Counted from the stretch's first letter, positions 31,758 to 42,617 are shown. The stretch: DNA of 64,000 nt from an uncultured bacterium (GCA_937903605.1 CALCZC010000028.1:6680-70679); one strand, 5' to 3'. A program made the numbers and translations. The notes: generated by a model not told the origin, from the sequence alone.

Positions 31758-32948
31758 ATGGCTGAGTTCGTAAGAAGCAAGCCACACGTCAACATTGGCA
31801 CTATCGGCCACGTTGACCATGGTAAGACAACTCTTACCGCTGCTATTTTGTCAGTTTTAACTGCACATGGCATGACCGCCCAAAATAAGGGCGTTGATGA
31901 TTTGGACAAAGCTCCAGAATCAAAAGCTCGTGGGATTACTATTTCTACTGCTCATGTAGAATATGAAACCGCCGCTCGTCACTATGCTCACGTAGACTGT
32001 CCAGGTCACGCCGACTATGTGAAAAACATGATTACTGGTGCCGCTCAGATGGATGGTGCTATTCTTGTAGTTTCTGCTACTGATGGTCCTATGCCTCAAA
32101 CCCGCGAACACATCGTGCTTGCTCGTCAGGTTGGTGTGCCTTATATTATCGTTTTCTTAAACAAAGTGGATCAAGTTTCCGATCCAGAATTGATCGATTT
32201 AGTAGAAGCTGAAATTCGCGATTTGCTCAAAAAATATAATTTCCCTGGAGATACCACTCCTATCATCCGCGGTTCTGCTTTGAAAGCTTTGGAAAACCCA
32301 AGCGATGAAGCTGCTTCCAAACCTGTTTTGGATTTGATGAAAGCAGTTGACGAATATATTCCGACTCCACAACGTGATGTTGATAAACCTTTCTTGATGC
32401 CGGTTGAAGATGTATTTTCTATCGAAGGTCGTGGTACTGTAGTTACTGGTCGTATTGAACGTGGTGTTATCCATATCAATGATGAAATTGAAATCGTTGG
32501 TTTAAGCGAAGAACCTGCTAAAACCGTTATAACCGGTATTGAAATGTTCAATAAACAATTGAAAGAAGGTCAAGCTGGGGACAACGCCGGCTTGTTGCTT
32601 CGTGGTACTAAAAAAGAAGATGTAGAAAGAGGTATGGTTTTGGCCAAACCTGGTTCTATCACTCCTCATACAGAATACGAAGCTCAAGTTTACGTGCTTA
32701 AACAAGAAGAAGGCGGTCGTCACAAACCATTCTTTGCTGGATATAAACCACAGTTCTATATCAGAACTACAGATGTTACTGGTGAAGTATTTTTACCAGC
32801 TGGCACGGAAATGGTGATGCCTGGTGATACCGTTTCTATCACTGTTAAACTTATTAAACCGGTAGCTATGGAAGACAAAATGAACTTCGCTATTCGCGAA
32901 GGTGGTCGTACTGTCGGTTCCGGTGTAGTAACAAAAATTATTAAATAA
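31758..32948 (+). CDS. tuf: Elongation factor Tu
   Basis: [35 protein letters not shown]. Confidence 0.95.
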   Translation: MAEFVRSKPHVNIGTIGHVDHGKTTLTAAILSVLTAHGMTAQNKGVDDLDKAPESKARGITISTAHVEYETAARHYAHVDCPGHADYVKNMITGAAQMDGAILVVSATDGPMPQTREHIVLARQVGVPYIIVFLNKVDQVSDPELIDLVEAEIRDLLKKYNFPGDTTPIIRGSALKALENPSDEAASKPVLDLMKAVDEYIPTPQRDVDKPFLMPVEDVFSIEGRGTVVTGRIERGVIHINDEIEIVGLSEEPAKTVITGIEMFNKQLKEGQAGDNAGLLLRGTKKEDVERGMVLAKPGSITPHTEYEAQVYVLKQEEGGRHKPFFAGYKPQFYIRTTDVTGEVFLPAGTEMVMPGDTVSITVKLIKPVAMEDKMNFAIREGGRTVGSGVVTKIIK

Positions 32949-33015
32949 TTATAAGCTGAGGGGGTGCAAGTAATTGCGCCCCCTTGGACTATAAAAGTTC
33001 TTTAATGTTAATCAC

Positions 33016-33357
33016 ATGACAGAAAAAAAAGCGACAATCAAGAAAAATCCTGAAACAAGCCGAATCAGAATCAAAATTCGCGCTTATGACAACAAAATAA
33101 TTGATCAAGCTACAAAAACGATTATTGAAACCGCCCAAAGAAATGATGCTAAAGTTGTCGGTCCGGTACCACTTCCAACCGAAGTGAACAAATTTACTGT
33201 TAACCGTTCCACTTTTGTACATAAAGATGCTCGTGAACAATATGAAATGCGGGTACATAAACGTTTGATTGATATTTTGGACGCCTCGGCCAAATGTATT
33301 GATGCTTTGATGAGCCTCAATTTACCCTCAGGCGTGGATGTGGAAATTAAGATGTAA
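33016..33357 (+). CDS. rpsJ: 30S ribosomal protein S10
   Basis: IRIKIRAYDNKIID...VGPVPLPTE...FTVNRSTFVHKDAREQYE. Confidence 0.95.
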   Translation: MTEKKATIKKNPETSRIRIKIRAYDNKIIDQATKTIIETAQRNDAKVVGPVPLPTEVNKFTVNRSTFVHKDAREQYEMRVHKRLIDILDASAKCIDALMSLNLPSGVDVEIKM

Positions 33358-33391
33358 AAAAAGTTTGTTGACAATAGAAAAAGTCTAACCC

Positions 33392-33420
33392 TTGACATAA
33401 ACTTAAAATTTGTTTATAAT
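33392..33420 (+). promoter_or_regulatory. S10-operon promoter
   Basis: TTGACA, 17-nt spacer, TATAAT. Followed by a ~300-nt leader that may carry an L4 autoregulatory structure. Confidence 0.45.
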
Positions 33421-33729
33421 AGGGCAAAATTTTATTATTGAATTTTTAACTAAATAAGATTGCTTAATCGAAAGATTAACCAAAAACATTTAGGCAAAAG
33501 ATTTAATAAAACAAATAGAAAGGAATACGCTAACAAAATAAATGTATTGTAAAAAGCCAAAAATTCTCAAACAAGAGAGTTTTCTGCGATATTTTTAAAA
33601 TATTGGCAGGTAAAAGGGCTAGAAGCAGTATCATTGATGATAGAAATATCGATGTTAGCGCTTCTAGTTTTTTTGTTAAGCACCCTGTTTCTTCACAAAC
33701 AAACAGGAGGCCAATGACACATAATTTTT

Positions 33730-34455
33730 ATGAAATTTATTTTAGGACAAAAAATGGAAATGTCGCAGGTATTTTTACCAAGCGGCGAAGTCGTACCGGT
33801 TACCAAGATAAAAGCCGGTCCTTGTGTTATCGTACAAGTTAAGGATGGGGACAAAAATAATCAAAAAGCCGTTCAGTTGGGTTTTGGCGAAAAGAAAGAA
33901 TTTCGTTTGAATAAACCGCAAGCAGGTCATTTAAAAGGTTTGCCTTCAGTGCGCTTTTTGAAAGATTTTGCTATGGACAAAACTGAAGGAGTGGAAAAAG
34001 GCGATCTTGTAACTGCCGAAACTTTTGTTTCCGGAGATATTGTAGATGTTATCGGTTTTTCCAAAGGGCGTGGTTTTGCCGGGGTAGTCAAAAGACATCA
34101 TTTTAAAGGTGGTCCAGCCTCTCATGGTCATAAAGACAATTTGCGTGCTCCTGGTTCTATCGGAGCCGGTGGTGTGCAAAGAGTTTTTAAAGGTATGCGT
34201 ATGGCCGGCCGTATGGGTGGAGATCAAGTAACTATCAAAAATTTGGAAATTGTGGAAGTAAATCCGCAAGAAAATATTTTATATATTAAAGGAGCTGTTC
34301 CCGGAGGACGTAATGGACTTTTGATTATAGAGGGGAACGGTGAATTGAAAATTACCAAGAAAAATCAAGAGGTCGAAGCTAAACAAGAAGAAAATCTTCC
34401 GGTGGAAAATGCAGTAGAGGAAACCCCGGTTGAACAGGTTGAAAACAAAGCTTAA
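33730..34455 (+). CDS. rplC: 50S ribosomal protein L3, with an acidic C-terminal extension
   Basis: ILGQKMEMSQVF...VTKIKAGPCVIVQVK. Confidence 0.9.
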   Translation: MKFILGQKMEMSQVFLPSGEVVPVTKIKAGPCVIVQVKDGDKNNQKAVQLGFGEKKEFRLNKPQAGHLKGLPSVRFLKDFAMDKTEGVEKGDLVTAETFVSGDIVDVIGFSKGRGFAGVVKRHHFKGGPASHGHKDNLRAPGSIGAGGVQRVFKGMRMAGRMGGDQVTIKNLEIVEVNPQENILYIKGAVPGGRNGLLIIEGNGELKITKKNQEVEAKQEENLPVENAVEETPVEQVENKA

Positions 34456-34460
34456 ATATT

Positions 34461-35099
34461 TTGAAAAATATGAAAACAGCAGTTTATAATATTTCCGGTA
34501 AAGAAGTTAGCACCATTGATCTAAATGAAGCTATTTTTAATGTTGCTATCAAACCGGAAGTTGTTCACCAAGTATATGTAGCGCAAAGTAGCAACACTCG
34601 AGAACCTATCGCTCATACCAAAACCAAAGGTGATGTTAGCGGTGGTGGTAAAAAACCTTGGAAACAAAAAGGTACCGGTCGTGCACGTCATGGTTCTATC
34701 CGTTCTCCAATCTGGAGAGGTGGTGGTGTGACTTTTGGTCCGAACAATGAACGTAACTGGAAAATGAAGGTAAATAAAAACACCAGACGTTTAGCTTTAA
34801 AAATGTGTTTGACCGACAAAGCTCAAAACAATGTTTTATATGTAGTTGAGGACTTTAATTTTTCCGAACCAAAAACAAAATTGGTAGCGGAATTTTTGAC
34901 AAAGTTGCCGGCCAAAAATAAAAACTTCTTGTTGTTAAATGATGAAAGCAACAAAGGATTACTGAAAATGAGCCGTAATCTCAAAAAAATAAATACCGTC
35001 CGCGCCAAAGACGTTAGTGTTTTGGATTTGCTTAGTCGCGAAGCGGTGATTGTCAGTAAAAAAGGTCTGGAACAATTGGATAGTATTTTGGTTAAATAA
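34461..35099 (+). CDS. rplD: 50S ribosomal protein L4
   Basis: GGGKKPWKQKGTGRARHGSIRSPIWRGGGVTFGP. Confidence 0.9.
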   Translation: MKNMKTAVYNISGKEVSTIDLNEAIFNVAIKPEVVHQVYVAQSSNTREPIAHTKTKGDVSGGGKKPWKQKGTGRARHGSIRSPIWRGGGVTFGPNNERNWKMKVNKNTRRLALKMCLTDKAQNNVLYVVEDFNFSEPKTKLVAEFLTKLPAKNKNFLLLNDESNKGLLKMSRNLKKINTVRAKDVSVLDLLSREAVIVSKKGLEQLDSILVK

Positions 35100-35119
35100 A
35101 TTTAAGCATTTCTAAATAT

Positions 35120-35434
35120 ATGACTAGTGAAATTAAAAAAGAAAATAAAACCAAAAGAGCTTATAAAATTGTTTTACGTCCTTTGGTAACCGAAAAAATG
35201 GCTATTGAAGCCGGTAAAAATAAATATGGTTTTTTGGTTAATCGTACAGCCACCAAAAAAGACATCAAAGATGCGATTGAAGAAATTTATAAGGTAAAAC
35301 CAACGGCAGTTAATGTTGCAAACATCCAGGGTAAATTTGTTTATCGTGGACGAGTAGCCGGTAAAAGAAGTGATTTTAAAAAGGCTATTGTTACATTGGC
35401 TTCTGGTCAAACTATTACTCACGAAGGTGTTTAA
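35120..35434 (+). CDS. rplW: 50S ribosomal protein L23
   Basis: LRPLVTEKM...VNRTATKKDIKDAIEEIYKVK. Confidence 0.9.
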   Translation: MTSEIKKENKTKRAYKIVLRPLVTEKMAIEAGKNKYGFLVNRTATKKDIKDAIEEIYKVKPTAVNVANIQGKFVYRGRVAGKRSDFKKAIVTLASGQTITHEGV

Positions 35435-35487
35435 TTACATACGAACATACAAAATAATACGAAATTACGAAATAAATAATAAAATGT

Positions 35488-36333
35488 ATGCCTATTAAAG
35501 TTTATAAACCAACCACTCCGGGTCGTCGCATCAGTAGCGTTGATGCTTTTTCCGATTTGACGAAAAAGAAACCGGAAAAATCTTTGGTTGTTGCTTTGAA
35601 TCGTAAATCCGGTAGAAACAATCAAGGTGTTATTACCGTGCGTCATCAAGCCGGAGGAGCAAAAAAACTATATCGTTTAGTTGATTTCAAACAACAAAAA
35701 TTTGATATTCCAGCTGAAGTTTTGGCTATTGAATACGATCCTAACCGTGGTCCGCGTATTGCTTTGATTAAATATGAAGATCAGACAAAATCCTATGTTT
35801 TGGCTCCGGCTGATTTAAAAGTTGGCGACAAGATAGTTTCTTCCAAAAATTTAGTGGAAGCCAAAAATGGCAATCGCATGCCTCTATCACAAATTCCGAT
35901 AGGTCTTTTTGTTTACAATATTGAAGTTACTCCCGGTAAAGGCGGACAATTGGTTAGAGGTGCTGGAATTTCCGCTCAACTTATGGGCGTAGAAGGAGAC
36001 TTTGCTTTATTGAAATTACCATCTGGTGAGATCAGAAAAGTTCGCAAAGAAGGCATGGCTTCTATCGGGATGCTCAGTAATGCTGATCGTCGTTTGATTC
36101 GTTGGGGTAAAGCCGGACGCAGTCGTCATCGTGGTATCAAACCGACCGTAAAAGGTAAAAATATGAATCCTGTTGATCACCCACATGGTGGTGGTGAAGG
36201 TCACTCTCCGATAGGACAAAAACGAGGTCCGATGACTGTTTATGGTCAGAAAGCTCGTGGTGTAAAAACCAGAAAACCTGGAAAGTGGAGTGATAAGTTT
36301 ATTATCAAAAAAAGGGTTAAAAAGACCGCTTAA
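35488..36333 (+). CDS. rplB: 50S ribosomal protein L2
   Basis: GRNNQGVITVRHQAGGAKK...PVDHPHGGGEG. Confidence 0.95.
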   Translation: MPIKVYKPTTPGRRISSVDAFSDLTKKKPEKSLVVALNRKSGRNNQGVITVRHQAGGAKKLYRLVDFKQQKFDIPAEVLAIEYDPNRGPRIALIKYEDQTKSYVLAPADLKVGDKIVSSKNLVEAKNGNRMPLSQIPIGLFVYNIEVTPGKGGQLVRGAGISAQLMGVEGDFALLKLPSGEIRKVRKEGMASIGMLSNADRRLIRWGKAGRSRHRGIKPTVKGKNMNPVDHPHGGGEGHSPIGQKRGPMTVYGQKARGVKTRKPGKWSDKFIIKKRVKKTA

Positions 36334-36349
36334 TAAATAAAGTAAAAAT

Positions 36350-36676
36350 ATGTCCAGAAGTTTAAAAAAAGGCTTATACGTTGATCCGCGCGTTTTAAAA
36401 AAAGTGATGGTGATGAAAGACAGCGGAAAACGACAACCGATAAAAACATGGTCTCGCGCTTGCGTTATTTCTCCGGAAATGGTCGGGATGACTTTTTTGG
36501 TCCACAATGGTAAGGATTTTATAAATGTATTTGTGGAGGAAAACATGGTCGGTCATCGTTTGGGTGAATTTTCACCGACCAAGAAATTTATTAGTCATGG
36601 CGGTAAGATGGCCAAAGAACAAGCCACTGCTAGTACTGCCAAGGCTGCTGCTCCGGCTCCGGCGGCTAAAAAATAA
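36350..36676 (+). CDS. rpsS: 30S ribosomal protein S19, with an Ala/Pro-rich tail
   Basis: [12 protein letters not shown]...[29 protein letters not shown]. Confidence 0.95.
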   Translation: MSRSLKKGLYVDPRVLKKVMVMKDSGKRQPIKTWSRACVISPEMVGMTFLVHNGKDFINVFVEENMVGHRLGEFSPTKKFISHGGKMAKEQATASTAKAAAPAPAAKK

Positions 36677-36684
36677 TTAAATAT

Positions 36685-37056
36685 ATGAACCAGGAAGTTA
36701 TTGCAAAATTGAGATTTTTGAGAATGGGACCTCGCAAAGTACGTTTGATTACCGACTTGGTAAAAGGACGTAAAGCTACCAGAGCGCGAGATATTCTTTC
36801 TCTCACCAATAAACGCGCCGCTTTGCCGATTTTAAAATTACTTAATTCCGCTATTGCCAATGCTAAAAATAATTTTAAATTAGACGAAGAAACTTTGTTT
36901 ATTAAAAATATTACTGTTGATGGCGGTCCGATGTTAAAACGTTGGATGCCTAAAGCACATGGTCGAGCCACTCCGATAAGACAGAGAACTTCACACGTAA
37001 TGATTGTTTTGAAAGTGGTGGAAAAAACTGATAAAAAAACCAAAACTAAAAAATAA
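36685..37056 (+). CDS. rplV: 50S ribosomal protein L22
   Basis: AKLRFLRMGPRKVRLITDLVKGRKA. Confidence 0.9.
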   Translation: MNQEVIAKLRFLRMGPRKVRLITDLVKGRKATRARDILSLTNKRAALPILKLLNSAIANAKNNFKLDEETLFIKNITVDGGPMLKRWMPKAHGRATPIRQRTSHVMIVLKVVEKTDKKTKTKK

Positions 37057-37067
37057 ATTTAAAACCT

Positions 37068-37742
37068 ATGGGACACAAAGTACATCCGAAAATTTATCGT
37101 ATTCCCAATATTTATGTTTGGGATTCCAGATGGTTTGGAAAAAAAGACCAACTCTCTCTTTTTTTAAAACAAGAAGTTGGTATCCGTGCTTTTTTGACAA
37201 AAAAACTTAAAGAAGCAGGGGTTGATTCTATTTGTTTTGAACGTACTGAAAAAGAAATGACAATTACTGTTTTAGCTGCCAAACCAGGTGTAGTTATCGG
37301 TCGTAGCGGACAGGGATTGGAAGAAATTCGCAAAGAAATAGAGAAAAAATATTTAAAACAGAGCCTCAAGGTTAAAATAAATGTTTTACCACTTAAACAA
37401 CCAGCTCTTTCTGCTCAAGTTGTGGCACAAAATGCGGTATTGGAAATAGAAAAACGTATTCCTTTCCGTCGTATTATGAAACAAGTGTTAGAAAAAGTGA
37501 TGGCTGCCGGAGCTAAAGGGGTAAAAATAAATATGGCTGGTCGTTTAAACGGTGTAGAAATCGCTCGTCGAGAAACTCTTTCTGCCGGTAAAATGTCTTT
37601 GATTACTCTACGATCCGATGTTGATTACGCTTTTGTTGAAGCTCATACTATTTACGGAAAAATTGGAGTAAAAGTTTGGATTTATTATGGTGAAGCCTTT
37701 GGTCGTCGTGATAAATTTGAAAAAAGAGACGAAAAGAAATAA
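37068..37742 (+). CDS. rpsC: 30S ribosomal protein S3
   Basis: MGHKVHPKIYRI...KPGVVIGRSGQGLEEI (KH domain). Confidence 0.95.
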   Translation: MGHKVHPKIYRIPNIYVWDSRWFGKKDQLSLFLKQEVGIRAFLTKKLKEAGVDSICFERTEKEMTITVLAAKPGVVIGRSGQGLEEIRKEIEKKYLKQSLKVKINVLPLKQPALSAQVVAQNAVLEIEKRIPFRRIMKQVLEKVMAAGAKGVKINMAGRLNGVEIARRETLSAGKMSLITLRSDVDYAFVEAHTIYGKIGVKVWIYYGEAFGRRDKFEKRDEKK

Positions 37743-37754
37743 TTTTAAACTCAT

Positions 37755-38168
37755 ATGTTGTTACCTAAAAAAGTATTACATCGCAAATGGCAAAAAGGCC
37801 GTGGTCGTCAAAAAGGAATTGCTACTCGCAATAACAATATTTCTTTTGGCGAATTTGGCTTGAAAGCCGAGGATTTTGGCTGGATAACTTCCCGTCAAAT
37901 TGAAGCTGCCAGACGTGTGCTTACTCGTTATGTTCGTCGCGGTGGTAAGATTTGGATTCGTATTTTTCCTGATAAACCGGTTACCCAAAAAGGCAACGAA
38001 ACTCCGATGGGTGGTGGTAAAGGATCACCGGATCATTATGTAGCGGTAGTAAAACCGGGAACTATTATTTTTGAAATGAGTGGTATTACCAATGAAATCG
38101 CTAAAGAAGCAATGAATTTGGCCGGTCATAAATTTGGTGTAAAAACTCGTTTAATTTTGAAAAAATAA
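37755..38168 (+). CDS. rplP: 50S ribosomal protein L16
   Basis: [18 protein letters not shown]...[27 protein letters not shown]. Confidence 0.95.
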   Translation: MLLPKKVLHRKWQKGRGRQKGIATRNNNISFGEFGLKAEDFGWITSRQIEAARRVLTRYVRRGGKIWIRIFPDKPVTQKGNETPMGGGKGSPDHYVAVVKPGTIIFEMSGITNEIAKEAMNLAGHKFGVKTRLILKK

Positions 38169-38178
38169 TCGCAAGCAT

Positions 38179-38373
38179 ATGGATTTTAAAGAAATTAAAA
38201 ACAAAACTACTGAGGAATTGGAAAAATTTTTATCCGACCTACAAGAAGAGGTTAGAGTATTGCGTTTTAAGGTCAGCGCGCAGAGTTTGAAACAAAATCA
38301 TAAAATTTCAGAAACGAAAAAAAATATTGCCCGCTTGCAAACTGAGCTTAAATTGCGTAATTCTAATAAGTAA
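38179..38373 (+). CDS. rpmC: 50S ribosomal protein L29
   Basis: EIKNKTTEELEKFLSDLQEEVRVLRFK. Confidence 0.85.
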   Translation: MDFKEIKNKTTEELEKFLSDLQEEVRVLRFKVSAQSLKQNHKISETKKNIARLQTELKLRNSNK

Positions 38374-38382
38374 TAAAATTGT

Positions 38383-38652
38383 ATGGAAAATAAACAAAAA
38401 ACAATTAAAAATACACGTGCTTTTACGGGTGAAGTAACTTCTGTTGCCATGACAAAGACCATTGTGGTTAGAGTTGATAGTTCAAAAATGCACCCGAAAT
38501 ATAAAAAAGCTTACCGTGTTTCCAAAAATTTTCATGTGCATGACGAAAAACAAGAAGCTAAGGTCGGTGATATAGTAAAATTTGTAGAATCACGTCCGTT
38601 TTCCAAAACAAAAAAATGCCGTCTGGTTGAAGTAATTAAAGCAAACAAATAA
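38383..38652 (+). CDS. rpsQ: 30S ribosomal protein S17
   Basis: GEVTSVAMTKTIVVRV...YRVSKNFHVHDEKQEAKVGDIVKFVESRPFSKTK. Confidence 0.9.
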   Translation: MENKQKTIKNTRAFTGEVTSVAMTKTIVVRVDSSKMHPKYKKAYRVSKNFHVHDEKQEAKVGDIVKFVESRPFSKTKKCRLVEVIKANK

Positions 38653-38664
38653 TTTTTGAAATAT

Positions 38665-39036
38665 ATGATACAACATCGTTCAATGTTGGAAGTAGCCGAC
38701 AATTCCGGCGCCAAAAAATTACAATGTATTCGCGTTTTAGGCGGTTATAAAAAACGTTATGCCCGATTGGGAGATATTATTACTTGTTCTGTAAAAACAG
38801 CGGCACCGCGAGGTATGGTAAAAAAGGGTGAAGTTGTTCATGCTGTTTTAGTGAGAATTAAAAAAGAAACCAGACGTAACGACGGCACCTATATTCGTTT
38901 TGATGAAAATGCCGCTGTTGTTATCGATAAAAAAAATAAAGAACCAAAGGGCACCCGTGTTTTTGGTCCTATTGCTCGTGAATTGCGTAGCAAGGGTTTT
39001 CAAAAAATTATTTCTTTGGCTCCGGAAGTTTTATAA
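38665..39036 (+). CDS. rplN: 50S ribosomal protein L14
   Basis: [27 protein letters not shown]. The ORF-track start 38656 is TTG; ATG 38665 is preferred. Confidence 0.95.
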   Translation: MIQHRSMLEVADNSGAKKLQCIRVLGGYKKRYARLGDIITCSVKTAAPRGMVKKGEVVHAVLVRIKKETRRNDGTYIRFDENAAVVIDKKNKEPKGTRVFGPIARELRSKGFQKIISLAPEVL

Positions 39037-39060
39037 AGAAATGAAATTGATTTTAAAAAT

Positions 39061-39369
39061 ATGAATATCAAAAATAACGACAAAGTAAAAATTATCGCCG
39101 GTAAAGATCGCGGTAAAGAAGGCAAAGTAATCCAAATTTTTGAAAAAGAAAATAAAATCGTAGTTGAGGGTGTAAATTTGCTCAAAAAACACATGCGTTC
39201 TCGCAAACAAGGCGAAAAAGGTCAAATTATTGAACTCCCGGCTCCGATTGATGCCAGTAATGCTAAGGTTATTTGTCCGAAATGTGGTCTAGCTGTCAGA
39301 ATTTCCGCTAAAAAAGAAGCAGACGTTAAAAAACGCGCTTGTAAAAAATGTCAACAGTTTATAGATTAA
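39061..39369 (+). CDS. rplX: 50S ribosomal protein L24 (KOW domain) with a C-terminal Cys4 zinc-ribbon extension
   Basis: KVKIIAGKDRGKEGKVIQI is the KOW domain. C-terminus CPKCGLAVRISAKKEADVKKRACKKCQQ. Confidence 0.85.
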   Translation: MNIKNNDKVKIIAGKDRGKEGKVIQIFEKENKIVVEGVNLLKKHMRSRKQGEKGQIIELPAPIDASNAKVICPKCGLAVRISAKKEADVKKRACKKCQQFID

Positions 39370-39373
39370 AAAT

Positions 39374-39919
39374 ATGACTCCAACTTTATATCAAAAATAC
39401 AAAAAAGAAGTAGTACCGGCTTTGTCTAAGGAATTTAAGTATAAAAGCATAATGCAAGTTCCGAAAATTACCAAAGTAGTGCTTAATGTTGGTTATGGTC
39501 GTTTTTTGAAAGAACCGAACTTTGCCGAATTTGTGGAAAAAAACCTAACTAATATTTCCGGTCAAAAACCGATTCGCACCAAAGCTAAGAAATCTATTTC
39601 CAATTTTAAAACCAGAGAAGGTATGGAAATCGGAGCGGCCGTAACTTTACGCGGACCCCGAATGTATTATTTTTTGGAAAAATTATTGAATATCGCTTTT
39701 CCTCGGGTACGTGACTTTAGAGGAATTTCCGACAAATCTTTTGATCGTCAAGGAAATTATAATTTTGGTTTAAAAGAATTATCAGCTTTCCCAGAAATTA
39801 AACAAACAGAAAACGACAAAAATCATGGCTTGGAGATAACCGTGAACACTACGGCTAAAAGCAGAGAAGAAGGTAAAGCCTTATTGACTCTTTTGGGTTT
39901 TCCTTTTATTACCAAATAA
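39374..39919 (+). CDS. rplE: 50S ribosomal protein L5
   Basis: IMQVPKITKVVLNVG...FKTREGMEIGAAVTLRGPRMYYFLEKL. Confidence 0.95.
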   Translation: MTPTLYQKYKKEVVPALSKEFKYKSIMQVPKITKVVLNVGYGRFLKEPNFAEFVEKNLTNISGQKPIRTKAKKSISNFKTREGMEIGAAVTLRGPRMYYFLEKLLNIAFPRVRDFRGISDKSFDRQGNYNFGLKELSAFPEIKQTENDKNHGLEITVNTTAKSREEGKALLTLLGFPFITK

Positions 39920-39931
39920 TTATAAACCCCT

Positions 39932-40117
39932 ATGGCTACTCAAAATCAAATAGCAAAATCAAATCGCAAACCAAAATTTAGCACCAGAGTGGTGCGTCGT
40001 TGCTGGAAATGTGGTCGTCAGCACGGTTTTTTTCGTAAATTCGGCTTATGCCGCATTTGTTTTCGTGAATTGGCCAATGATGGAAAAATTCCAGGCGTTC
40101 GCAAATCAAGCTGGTAA
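39932..40117 (+). CDS. rpsN: 30S ribosomal protein S14, type Z (zinc-binding, 61 aa)
   Basis: [23 protein letters not shown]. Confidence 0.9.
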   Translation: MATQNQIAKSNRKPKFSTRVVRRCWKCGRQHGFFRKFGLCRICFRELANDGKIPGVRKSSW

Positions 40118-40163
40118 GTTTTAATTTGCGATTTATTTAAATATATAATCAATAAAGTTTATG

Positions 40164-40550
40164 ATGACTGATCCTATCGCCGACATGCTAACTAGAATCC
40201 GTAATGCTTCCACAGTTAAAAAATCTGAAGTTACGGTTTCTTACTCTAAAATCAAAATGGCGATTGCCCAAACTCTTGTCAAAGAGGGTTATTTGGAAAA
40301 AGTAGAAAAAACCAAAGATAAATTACCACAATTGGTAATATCGTTGAAATACGACGGTCGTGAACCGATTATTCATTCACTCAAGCGCATAAGTAAACCG
40401 GGTCAAAGAAAGTACGTTAAAAACGATGAAATTGGCAAAGTGTTGAATGGTTTTGGTATTTCTATTTTATCTACTCCCAGAGGCATTATGACCAATTGGG
40501 AAGCTCTTCGCGACAAAGTCGGCGGCGAAGTTATTTGTGAAGTTTATTAA
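40164..40550 (+). CDS. rpsH: 30S ribosomal protein S8
   Basis: MTDPIADMLTRIRNA. Confidence 0.95.
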   Translation: MTDPIADMLTRIRNASTVKKSEVTVSYSKIKMAIAQTLVKEGYLEKVEKTKDKLPQLVISLKYDGREPIIHSLKRISKPGQRKYVKNDEIGKVLNGFGISILSTPRGIMTNWEALRDKVGGEVICEVY

Positions 40551-40574
40551 TCCAGAAATTAATTTTTTAAATAT

Positions 40575-41123
40575 ATGTCTCGTGTAGGTAAAACAATTAG
40601 AAAAATTCCTTCTGGAGTAACGGTAGAAATAAAAAATGGATCTCTGAATGTCGCCGGTCCAAAAGGTAAATTAACCTTAAATCTTCACCCTCATGTCACC
40701 GTTACCCAACAAGACGGCGCTTTGACTGTCGGTGTAGTTAATGAAAACAGCAAAAAAGATCGTTCTCTTTGGGGTACTTTTTCAAGTTTAATAGAAAACT
40801 TATTTGATGGTGTCACCAACGGTTTCAAAAAAGAACTTGAAGTTAATGGAGTTGGTTTTAAGGTTAATATGAAAGGACCAGATTTGGCTTTGGAGGTCGG
40901 TTTTTCTCATCCGATTATTTATAAAGCTCCGCAAGGAATAACTTTTAAAGTTGAAAAAAATGTTATTACCGTAGAAGGAATAGACAAACAATTGGTGGGT
41001 GAAACTGCAGCACAAATACGTAAAATCAGAAAACCCGAACCTTATAAAGGAAAAGGAATTAAATATATGGATGAAGTGATAAGACGAAAAGCGGGTAAAA
41101 CTGCGGCTAAGTCTGCCAAATAA
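40575..41123 (+). CDS. rplF: 50S ribosomal protein L6
   Basis: MSRVGKTIRKIPSGVTVEIKNGSLNVAGPKGKLTL. Confidence 0.95.
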   Translation: MSRVGKTIRKIPSGVTVEIKNGSLNVAGPKGKLTLNLHPHVTVTQQDGALTVGVVNENSKKDRSLWGTFSSLIENLFDGVTNGFKKELEVNGVGFKVNMKGPDLALEVGFSHPIIYKAPQGITFKVEKNVITVEGIDKQLVGETAAQIRKIRKPEPYKGKGIKYMDEVIRRKAGKTAAKSAK

Positions 41124-41147
41124 TTTATCTTCTTAATATTTTCTGTT

Positions 41148-41522
41148 ATGAAAAGAAATTTTTCTAAAGCCAAAAACGTACTAAGACAAACACGTCATCA
41201 GCGTGTTCGTGCTAAGATTAAAGGTACGACTCAAATTCCACGTTTGTCTGTTTTTCGTGGTTTAAAAAATATCACCTTACAGCTTATTGATGATACCAAG
41301 GGTGTAACAATTTGTTTTGTAAAATCTTCCGAAATTAAAGAAGCTAAAGTTGAAGGTAAACAAGCTAAAGTAGCCTTGGCTTATCTAACCGGTAAGAAAT
41401 TAGCGGAATTAGCTAAAAGTAAAGGCGTAGAAAAGGTTGTTTTTGATCGAGGTGGTTACCGCTATCATGGTCGAGTAGCTGCGGCAGCCGATGGAGCTCG
41501 AGAAGGCGGTTTACAATTTTAA
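41148..41522 (+). CDS. rplR: 50S ribosomal protein L18
   Basis: [27 protein letters not shown]...[26 protein letters not shown]. Confidence 0.9.
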   Translation: MKRNFSKAKNVLRQTRHQRVRAKIKGTTQIPRLSVFRGLKNITLQLIDDTKGVTICFVKSSEIKEAKVEGKQAKVALAYLTGKKLAELAKSKGVEKVVFDRGGYRYHGRVAAAADGAREGGLQF

Positions 41523-41533
41523 TAAAAATCTAT

Positions 41534-42172
41534 ATGCAAAAAAATTATCGTAAAAAAGATAACCGTCAGCGCGAGGAAAAGAAAGAGTTCGATCAATATA
41601 TTTTGGATCTAGCTCGAGTAACTCGTGTTACGCAAGGCGGTAAGCAGTTGAGCTTCCGTGCCTGTGTAGTATTGGGAGATCGTAAAGGCCGTGTGGGCTT
41701 CGGTTTATCTAAAGGAAAAGATGTACAATTTGGAGTGGAAAAGGCTGTACGACAAGCTAAGAAAAATATTATTAGCGTGCCAATAGTCAATGAAACTATT
41801 CCTCATCCGGTAATCAGTAAAGCTAATGCTGCGGTAGTTATGCTCAAACCGGCCCCAAAAGGATCCGGAGTAATCGCCGGTGGTGCGGTGCGAGTAGTTC
41901 TAGAATTAGCCGGTATTCCAAATGTTTCTTCTAAAATTTTGGGTCGTACCAAAAATAAAATTGCTACTGTTCAAGCAACTTTTGCCGCATTGCAATCTTT
42001 TAAAAGCAAAAACGGTAAGTATGATTTTTTGGCCAAAATAAAAGAAAAAGAAAATAATAAAAAAAATACAATCATAAACACAGTAGTTGAAAAAACAGAA
42101 AAGAAAGAAGAAGTAAAACCGATAAAAAAAGAAATAGTAAAAAAAGAAATTAAAAAAGCCAATAAAGAATAA
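41534..42172 (+). CDS. rpsE: 30S ribosomal protein S5, with a ~50-aa K/E-rich C-terminal extension
   Basis: RVTRVTQGGKQLSFRACVVLGDRKGRVGFGLSKGKDV...GSGVIAGGAVRVVLELAGI. Confidence 0.9.
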   Translation: MQKNYRKKDNRQREEKKEFDQYILDLARVTRVTQGGKQLSFRACVVLGDRKGRVGFGLSKGKDVQFGVEKAVRQAKKNIISVPIVNETIPHPVISKANAAVVMLKPAPKGSGVIAGGAVRVVLELAGIPNVSSKILGRTKNKIATVQATFAALQSFKSKNGKYDFLAKIKEKENNKKNTIINTVVEKTEKKEEVKPIKKEIVKKEIKKANKE

Positions 42173-42176
42173 TTTT

Positions 42177-42617
42177 ATGAAATTGACTATTCACACTTTA
42201 AAACCAGCTCGTGGAGCCAGTAAAAAAAAGAAAGTGGTTGGTCGTGGTAATGCTTCCGGTCACGGAACTTCTTCTACCCGAGGTGGTAAGGGACAAACTG
42301 CCAGATCCGGTGGTTCTCACCGCTTACGTCAAAAAGCTTTTCGTCGCTTGATGCAATCAACTCCGAAATTACGCGGATTTAAATCTTTGCAATTTAAACC
42401 GGTGACTTTAAATTTTGAAGTTTTGGAAAAGAAATTTAACAACGGAGATGTTGTTAAGATGTCTTCTTTAATAGAAAAAAATATTATTAAAGATACAGTA
42501 AAAGCTGTCAAAATAGTAAATACCGGTAAATTGACCAAAAAATTAAATTTTGAAGGAATAAAGTTTACCTTAACTGCTGCTGAAGTTGTCAAAAAATTAG
42601 GCGGTGAAATTAAATAA
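42177..42617 (+). CDS. rplO: 50S ribosomal protein L15
   Basis: LKPARGASKKKKVVGRGNASGHGTSSTRGGKGQTARSG. Confidence 0.9.
   Translation: MKLTIHTLKPARGASKKKKVVGRGNASGHGTSSTRGGKGQTARSGGSHRLRQKAFRRLMQSTPKLRGFKSLQFKPVTLNFEVLEKKFNNGDVVKMSSLIEKNIIKDTVKAVKIVNTGKLTKKLNFEGIKFTLTAAEVVKKLGGEIK

Noticed and set aside
33603-33842. 79-aa ORF in the S10-operon leader, overlapping the start of rplC
   Set aside because: It lies in the long untranslated leader between the S10 promoter and rplC, has no RBS and an odd composition, and overlaps L3 out of frame. It is almost certainly non-coding leader RNA.
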